This document shows positions 58,458-64,000 of a DNA stretch of 64,000 nucleotides, in pieces; position 1 is the first letter of the stretch, and the number at the start of each line of letters is the position of its first letter. The notes under the pieces are model-generated. The model made no database searches and was not told the origin of the DNA. It was given only the letters and a program-made list of their open reading frames with translations. Origin of the DNA: Bacteroidota bacterium. Its GTDB lineage: Bacteria > Bacteroidota > Ignavibacteria > Palsa-1295. Location: the NCBI GenBank assembly GCA_021324735.1, contig JAJPIO010000009.1, forward strand, positions 450,510 through 514,509, in the 5' to 3' direction. The translations under genes and the position numbers were made by a program.

Positions 58458-58973
58458 ATGCTTGAACTCATACGAACGTATTACGCCTTCAATTCCTGGG
58501 CAACCGAGCAACTTCTCGCCAAATGCTCGGAGCTTTCAGAAGAAGAATACAATGCCCCTGGCTGTAGCGGTCACGGTTCCATTGGGGAGACGCTCTCTCA
58601 TTTGGTACTCGTCCAGCAAGGGTGGGTGGCCTGGTTCGAAGGATCAATGGAAATGAAGGATGCTGTCTCCATTATGGTAAAGGAAAAGCTCAATACCCTT
58701 ACCGCGGTCAACGAGCGATGGGCACTCGTTAAGAAGTTGACCAATAATCTGATAAACTCTCTCACCGAAGAGAAGGTAACCGCCGTTCGACATTTCACCC
58801 GCATGAATGGTAAAGAGGAGTCCCATCCACTATGGAAGTTAATGATGCACACCGCAAATCACGGTACGCACACGCGCGCGCAGATCGTTGCAGCGATTCG
58901 CCGGCTTGGACATAACCCCGGCAATGTCGATCTGCTAAATTTCGTCCTCAACGTCGACACCGCGAATGTGTAG
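58458..58973 (+). CDS. DinB family protein
   Basis: N.WAT, GSI.ETL.H and H..NHGTHTRAQI....R.LG motifs. Confidence 0.9.
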   Translation: MLELIRTYYAFNSWATEQLLAKCSELSEEEYNAPGCSGHGSIGETLSHLVLVQQGWVAWFEGSMEMKDAVSIMVKEKLNTLTAVNERWALVKKLTNNLINSLTEEKVTAVRHFTRMNGKEESHPLWKLMMHTANHGTHTRAQIVAAIRRLGHNPGNVDLLNFVLNVDTANV

Positions 58974-58993
58974 CTCACTCGCTTCGCCATTAC

Positions 58994-59761
58994 TTGATGT
59001 CAATAGAACTTCTTCTCCTTTGCGTTGCCGCTTTCATTGCGGGCTTCGTCGATGCCGTCGTGGGTGGCGGGGGACTCATCCAAATTCCTGCCGCGATCAT
59101 TCTTTTGCCAGGAATTCCCGTCGCCACGGTGATCGGTACTACCAAGATCCCGTCGTTTTGCGGTACGAGCCTCGCCGCATTACAATACTCGCGGAAGGTC
59201 CGGCTTAATTATAAGCACCTTCTGCTTATGGCCGCGATCGCCAGCGTCATGGCGTTCACTGGCTCTCGCGTACTTACGCTCGTCAGCAATGACTTTATGA
59301 AGCCCTTCTTGCTCGTCGTTTTGACAGCGGTCGCTATTTACACCTACAGTAAAAAGAATTTCGGCGCTCACTCCGAGAAAGACCACACCGAGCTTCAGCA
59401 CTACCTTTACATTATCCTGATAAGCCTCATCATCGGTTTTTACGACGGCTTCGTCGGGCCGGGAAGCGGCAGCTTTCTCATTCTCGTCTTCATCACCTTA
59501 CTCGGATACGATTTCCTTAAAGCGAGTGCCACCGCTAAGTTCGTAAACCTCTCAACGAACATTGGCTCTATCATTCTCTTCTCGATGAGCGGTAAGATCA
59601 TCTACAGCGTTGCGCTTCCCATGGCCGCCTGCAACGCCATGGGCGGATTCCTGGGAGCGCGACTTGCCATACTTCGCGGCAATAAATTCATCCGCATTTT
59701 CTTTCTTTCGGTCGTCGTGCTAATGATCGTCCGTTTTGCGTACGATGTTTTCTGGAAGTAA
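58994..59761 (+). CDS. Sulfite exporter TauE/SafE family membrane protein
   Basis: AGFVDAVVGGGGLI, GT.K and GFYDGFVGPGSGSF motifs. Confidence 0.92.
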   Translation: MMSIELLLLCVAAFIAGFVDAVVGGGGLIQIPAAIILLPGIPVATVIGTTKIPSFCGTSLAALQYSRKVRLNYKHLLLMAAIASVMAFTGSRVLTLVSNDFMKPFLLVVLTAVAIYTYSKKNFGAHSEKDHTELQHYLYIILISLIIGFYDGFVGPGSGSFLILVFITLLGYDFLKASATAKFVNLSTNIGSIILFSMSGKIIYSVALPMAACNAMGGFLGARLAILRGNKFIRIFFLSVVVLMIVRFAYDVFWK

Positions 59762-59804
59762 CCATACAGCACCAATTGTCTTTGGGGCTTTATGAGCTAT
59801 TCTG

Positions 59805-60671
59805 TTAGCAGCAGCCCTCACAGCCACAGGAGCCTTCCGGTTTTTCGGCGTAGACGGTGATGCTGAAAATCCCGGAGTCCCGAGAGCCGAACTGGGTGGC
59901 ATCTTCCTCGCTCATGTAATTCCGCAGAATGTCCATTGGAATTATGATCGCTTTTTCTTTTTGGAGTGTGATATTCTTAAAGCCGTTCTTCGTAATAAGT
60001 CGAAGATATTCTTCTTTTTGAATTGCACCAGCTACGCAACCGGCATACATTTCCGCATCTTTTTGCAGTGCCTCTGGTAAATCACCAACGAGCACGACGT
60101 CCGAAATGCTGAAATGGCCACCCGGTTTTAGCACGCGAAAGATCTCGGCGAACACCGCATCCTTATTTGGTACCAGATTCAACACGCAATTGCTCACGAC
60201 CACATCAGCGCGATTGGGACCGACCGGCATGTGCTCGATATCGCCCATGCGAAATTCAACGTTATTGAATCCGAGGCGCTCTGCATTATTGCGTGCCTTC
60301 TCGATCATCTCTTCGGTAAAATCGATGCCGATCACCTTACCGGATTCACCCGTTTCGGACCGTGCAACAAAGCAATCATTTCCGGCACCAGAACCGAGAT
60401 CGATCACAGTATCGCCGGATTTGATCTTCGCAAATACAGTGGGGAGGCCGCAGCCAAGGCCAAGGTCAGCACCCGGCTCGTAGCCTTTAATCGTTGAATA
60501 ATCATCGTTCATGATGTTTGCGATCTCGGTCGAGCAGCACCCGGAGCCGCAACAGGACGATGCATTAGTCTCTTTATCTTGCTTTGCTATCTCCGCATAT
60601 TTTTGACGGACGAGTGCTTTCAATTCATCGTCAGTGGAGTATCTCTCGGTCAGTGAAGTAAGTGTTTCCAT
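59805..60671 (-). CDS. arsM: Arsenite S-adenosylmethionine methyltransferase
   Basis: SCCG, LGLGCG.P, DLGSGAGND, SNCVLNL and GCVAGA motifs; Cys-rich C-terminus. Confidence 0.93.
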   Translation of the reverse strand: METLTSLTERYSTDDELKALVRQKYAEIAKQDKETNASSCCGSGCCSTEIANIMNDDYSTIKGYEPGADLGLGCGLPTVFAKIKSGDTVIDLGSGAGNDCFVARSETGESGKVIGIDFTEEMIEKARNNAERLGFNNVEFRMGDIEHMPVGPNRADVVVSNCVLNLVPNKDAVFAEIFRVLKPGGHFSISDVVLVGDLPEALQKDAEMYAGCVAGAIQKEEYLRLITKNGFKNITLQKEKAIIIPMDILRNYMSEEDATQFGSRDSGIFSITVYAEKPEGSCGCEGCC

Positions 60672-60688
60672 TGTCGTTTGTAGATTTA

Positions 60689-60704
60689 ATCGTTATTTAA
60701 CGAT
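60689..60704. promoter_or_regulatory. Candidate ArsR operator upstream of arsM
   Basis: ATCGTTA-TT-TAACGAT palindrome. Confidence 0.65.
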
Positions 60705-60730
60705 GGATTGGAGGACCCATAAGCGGGCTG

Positions 60731-61063
60731 TTAGCAGCATTTTGCCGCCAGCTCCTGGTGTTGTTTGAAAAACTCTGCGAGTGCCGTTTCGGCCGCCTTC
60801 CACTCTTTCTCATCGATACAATAACATACGCGCGGACCATCGATCTCGCCTTGGATAAGTCCCGCGTCCTTAAGCTCTTTCAGGTGCTGTGATACAGTGC
60901 TTTGGGAGAGTGGAAGTTCGTCAACGATATCCCCGCATACGCATGCCTGGCGTTGCGAGAGGAGCCGGAGGATGGCAATGCGTGCCGGATGACCGAGCAC
61001 CTTTGCATAACGGGCGATACGGTTATCGCGGACGGTGAATTCATCTGATTTGGTGAGTCCCAT
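60731..61063 (-). CDS. arsR: ArsR/SmtB family regulator
   Basis: [38 protein letters not shown] and a terminal CC. Confidence 0.92.
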   Translation of the reverse strand: MGLTKSDEFTVRDNRIARYAKVLGHPARIAILRLLSQRQACVCGDIVDELPLSQSTVSQHLKELKDAGLIQGEIDGPRVCYCIDEKEWKAAETALAEFFKQHQELAAKCC

Positions 61064-61075
61064 AGGGAATTATAC

Positions 61076-61091
61076 ATCGTAATATTACGAT
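61076..61091. promoter_or_regulatory. Candidate ArsR operator upstream of arsR (divergent region)
   Basis: Perfect palindrome ATCGTAATATTACGAT. Confidence 0.75.
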
Positions 61092-61215
61092 TTGTTTCGC
61101 GTGAGCGGTGTACTGGCGATCTCCGATCGCCAAACCCTTTTAAGACGAGCTGGAAGTTGTCGCTTTTAGACTCTTGCTCAGGTGAGGTTCGCGAATAGAA
61201 TACACTATACTAACT

Positions 61216-61653
61216 ATGAAACGAGTTCTCTTTATCTGCATCCATAATAGCGCGCGGAGCCAGATCGCGGAGGCTCTGCTGAAAAGAGAGTGTGGCGATG
61301 CTGTGCATGTCGAAAGTGCCGGGTTAACGCCGGGCACGCTTAATCCGCTTGCGGTCGACGTACTGCGCGAGATCGGGATCGATATAGCTGGCAAACCGAC
61401 GCGTGATGTATTCGAGTTGTATAAGTCGGGTGCAAAATTTACGCACGTGATCACCGTATGCGATCAGGCAAGTGCGGAGCGTTGTCCGATATTTCCGGGT
61501 ACGTTTGGAAAAACGAATTGGAGTTTTGCCGATCCCTCGAAGTTTGAAGGCACATACGAAGAAAAACTCGCACAGACCCGTGAGGTAAGAAACGCGATCG
61601 AGCAAAAAATTCTCGAATGGTGTTCGGTCAATTGCGTCGCCGCTACACACTGA
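61216..61653 (+). CDS. arsC: Arsenate reductase (LMW-PTP/thioredoxin type)
   Basis: CIHNSARSQ P-loop, ITVCD, CP.FPG and W.F.DP motifs. Confidence 0.92.
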   Translation: MKRVLFICIHNSARSQIAEALLKRECGDAVHVESAGLTPGTLNPLAVDVLREIGIDIAGKPTRDVFELYKSGAKFTHVITVCDQASAERCPIFPGTFGKTNWSFADPSKFEGTYEEKLAQTREVRNAIEQKILEWCSVNCVAATH

Positions 61654-61685
61654 CCCATTACATAAATCTACCTATTGAAGCTACA

Positions 61686-62354
61686 TTGAACCGCGCACTC
61701 TCTCAGCGAGTCCTGGCGGAAGCCCTCGGCACATTCGCAATTGTTTTTTTCGGATGCGGAGCGATCATGCTCGCGGACCGGATGCCCGGCGCCATATCGG
61801 TCTCTGCGATACCGGTGGTCTTCGGAGTTGTAGTCGCGGCGATGATCTATGGATTAGGTCACGTATCCGGCGCGCACTTTAATCCGGCAGTGACGCTCAC
61901 GTTCGCCGTCACACGACATTTTCCATTCGCGGAGGTACTTTTTTATTGGGTGGGACAATTCGTGGGCGCCATTGCCGCAAGTGCACTCTTAAGTTACCTC
62001 TTTATTGGTGGCAATACATTTGGTGCGACGGTCCCGCATGTGCCCCAAATGCAAGCGCTGGTGTGGGAAGCAGTGATGACATTTTTTCTCATGCTCGTTA
62101 TTATGGCGGTGGCAACCGATACGCGTGCGGTTGGCACGATGGCCGGCGCTGCGATCGGTGGCGTAGTGATGATCGATGCCTTTATTGGCGGATGGGCAAC
62201 CGGCGCTTCAATGAACCCGGCCCGTTCGTTAGCACCTGCCCTCCTGCAAGGCGCGATGAATTCCGTTTGGATCTACTTTCTCGCGCCGATGGTCGGGGCG
62301 CTGGTTGGGGGAGTGGTGTATAAGATGGTGGGGAGAACTAGCGCATCGACTTAA
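61686..62354 (+). CDS. MIP family aquaglyceroporin (probable arsenite channel)
   Basis: SGAHFNPAVT and GASMNPARS NPA motifs; start TTG 61686 assumed. Confidence 0.92.
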   Translation: MNRALSQRVLAEALGTFAIVFFGCGAIMLADRMPGAISVSAIPVVFGVVVAAMIYGLGHVSGAHFNPAVTLTFAVTRHFPFAEVLFYWVGQFVGAIAASALLSYLFIGGNTFGATVPHVPQMQALVWEAVMTFFLMLVIMAVATDTRAVGTMAGAAIGGVVMIDAFIGGWATGASMNPARSLAPALLQGAMNSVWIYFLAPMVGALVGGVVYKMVGRTSAST

Positions 62355-62390
62355 AATCTGCGTTACGTTCGCCATACCCACCAAGCAGTA

Positions 62391-63755
62391 TTAAGGGTGT
62401 AATGCGAAAACGGTCCTTTTCTTAATCAGCGTCCAAATGCTATCATAGCCGATGATCGCGATGGGAGTTAGCACAGCAAAAATGTAGATCTGATACCGTG
62501 GAATCACGAAAGTAATAAAGGATATCCCACAATAAAAGATAAGAAAGAGAGTATACAGTATGCCTGCATTCCACAACCGAGGATTGCTTCTCCTTCGAAG
62601 AAGATAAGCAATGCCTATTAATGTCGGGAATGTAAGTGCAAGCATGGAAAATGGATAAATAAAGTCGAATGCGTGCGTAGATCTCTCATTAAAGTTAATG
62701 GAGAACGTCAGCAACATGAGGAGTTTACGGCATCCAAGAGCAAGTGTCTGAGAGGGATGCGAGCGGACATATGTTATAGCCTCATGCCTAAAAACACTGT
62801 CGAGTCGAATTACAAAATATTGGTCGTATGGAATGGAATCAGCCGTATGAACAAGTTTTGGAAACAGCCATGGTTTCAGCCATACGACAGTGCCATCGCT
62901 ATTAACTCCGCTGGGTGTTGAAAGTGCATTATTTCCCCGCCAGATTTCATGCCATGGGCGGTCCACTGTTGGGACGAATTTATGGAAAAGCTCGTAGTTT
63001 CGAATGGTCCACGGCCCAATAATGATTAGGGAGCAGACCGCTGCAACGACGGCACGCTTGAAGATATCATTTCGTGATGCGCGCTGAAGTGCCAACATCG
63101 CGGAGGCTGCGAGAATGGTAAAACCTAAGGCGAATAGCTCACTTCGCAAGAGCATAGAAACGCCAGAGATGAAACCGAAAAGAATAAAATTCTTCCAGGA
63201 AGGATCGCGCGATATCCTTAATGCAAAAAGCATGAGAGTTGCGACGACAACAATATAGAGCGGTGATCCAGAAAACGTTGTTACAGAAAAAGCCGCTGGA
63301 ATAAAGAATGCACTGACTATTGCTGTCGATCGGGATAGAGACTCTCCTGCAAATTCCTTTACTGCATAATATTGGATGACGCCGATTAAGGAGTTACAGG
63401 CGGCATAGAACAACATGAGTGCGAGATATGCCTTGGGTCCCTCGCCAAGAAGAAGATAAGCGCCATACATTATGTATGGATTGAGGGGAGGTTGGTAGCT
63501 ACTCTCAAAAACCGGAGGCGATTGCATGATTCGTATTCGTGCCGAATCAAGCGGCTCATAAGGCCAATGCATAGCATAACCGTGTCCAGTGAGTAAGTTA
63601 TGTGCAATTGCACCATGCTCATAGGTTCTTGGATTTTGAAAATTGCCGGCAACGAAGATGACAAGAACGCGAAGAGCAAAAGCTACTGCGAAAATTAACC
63701 AAACAAACTTTACTCTATTCATTGAATAGAGCAATCTTAGGCATTTCTTTATCAT
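62391..63755 (-). CDS. GT-C fold (ArnT/PMT-like) membrane glycosyltransferase
   Basis: Multi-TM protein with A.LR, Y..IA.NL..G.GY, PPL.P, PWTIRNY and PRY motifs. Confidence 0.75.
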   Translation of the reverse strand: MIKKCLRLLYSMNRVKFVWLIFAVAFALRVLVIFVAGNFQNPRTYEHGAIAHNLLTGHGYAMHWPYEPLDSARIRIMQSPPVFESSYQPPLNPYIMYGAYLLLGEGPKAYLALMLFYAACNSLIGVIQYYAVKEFAGESLSRSTAIVSAFFIPAAFSVTTFSGSPLYIVVVATLMLFALRISRDPSWKNFILFGFISGVSMLLRSELFALGFTILAASAMLALQRASRNDIFKRAVVAAVCSLIIIGPWTIRNYELFHKFVPTVDRPWHEIWRGNNALSTPSGVNSDGTVVWLKPWLFPKLVHTADSIPYDQYFVIRLDSVFRHEAITYVRSHPSQTLALGCRKLLMLLTFSINFNERSTHAFDFIYPFSMLALTFPTLIGIAYLLRRRSNPRLWNAGILYTLFLIFYCGISFITFVIPRYQIYIFAVLTPIAIIGYDSIWTLIKKRTVFALHP

Positions 63756-63775
63756 TATTTCAACGGAATGAGATA

Positions 63776-64000
63776 TTAATCTCTGTCAAATAGATTATAC
63801 TGAAGAATACAGCGAACTGCGCTTATCCCGTCTTTCCAGCTAATCTTTTTGCCTTCTTTATATGTGCGACCATTGTATGAAATACCTACTTCGAAAATGC
63901 GGCAACCTTTTGTGCGAGCGAGCTTGGCCACCTTTGCCGTAATTTCTGGCTCGAAGCCGAAGCGACTCTCTTTGATATCGAATTCGCGAATAACCTCTCT
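63776..64000 (-). CDS. GT2 (polyprenol-phosphate glycosyltransferase-like) C-terminal fragment, truncated by window edge
   Basis: Manual translation: ...ESRFGFEPEITAKVAK...IFEVGISYNGRTYKEGKKISWKDGISAVRCILQY*. Confidence 0.85.
   Translation of the reverse strand, partial: REVIREFDIKESRFGFEPEITAKVAKLARTKGCRIFEVGISYNGRTYKEGKKISWKDGISAVRCILQYNLFDRD

Overview
Chromosomal window from a Gram-negative bacterium of the Bacteroidota/Chlorobi/Ignavibacteria/Kapabacteria group. The taxonomy is inferred from T9SS C-terminal-domain proteins, DUF2851, an Hc1-like protein and two uvrA genes. Most of the window is housekeeping: pruA, ftsB-like, ROK kinase, pyrF, three tRNAs, gltX, cyaY, uvrA x2, pyrB-pyrC, dapD, mlaD, lpxB-DUF374-lpxK, pfkA and dnaN-recF-dciA. 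Four accessory blocks stand out. (1) About 16.0-21.2 kb: fur, a TolB-like propeller, a porin, an FMN-binding protein, a His-containing membrane protein and a Tat-exported ApbE, with a 21-bp palindrome in front of fur that recurs at the porin start (candidate Fur-controlled extracytosolic flavinylation/iron-reduction module). (2) About 21.3-28.4 kb: a mosaic islet. A HIT-hddA-histidine phosphatase...gmhA heptose locus is split by an ORF6N pseudogene, a GTAG-REP doublet and a putative HEPN + NDT/TIR-like defence pair. It is followed by a promoter-less DUF4258-like/DUF2283 toxin-antitoxin pair tightly sandwiched between two homologous GTAG-REP clusters. (3) A RavA/MoxR ATPase and a VWA protein bracketing a metallophosphoesterase and a beta-barrel. 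(4) A divergent arsenic locus (arsM-arsR / arsC-aquaporin) with two palindromic operators. All family assignments come from motif recognition by eye; no database search was run.
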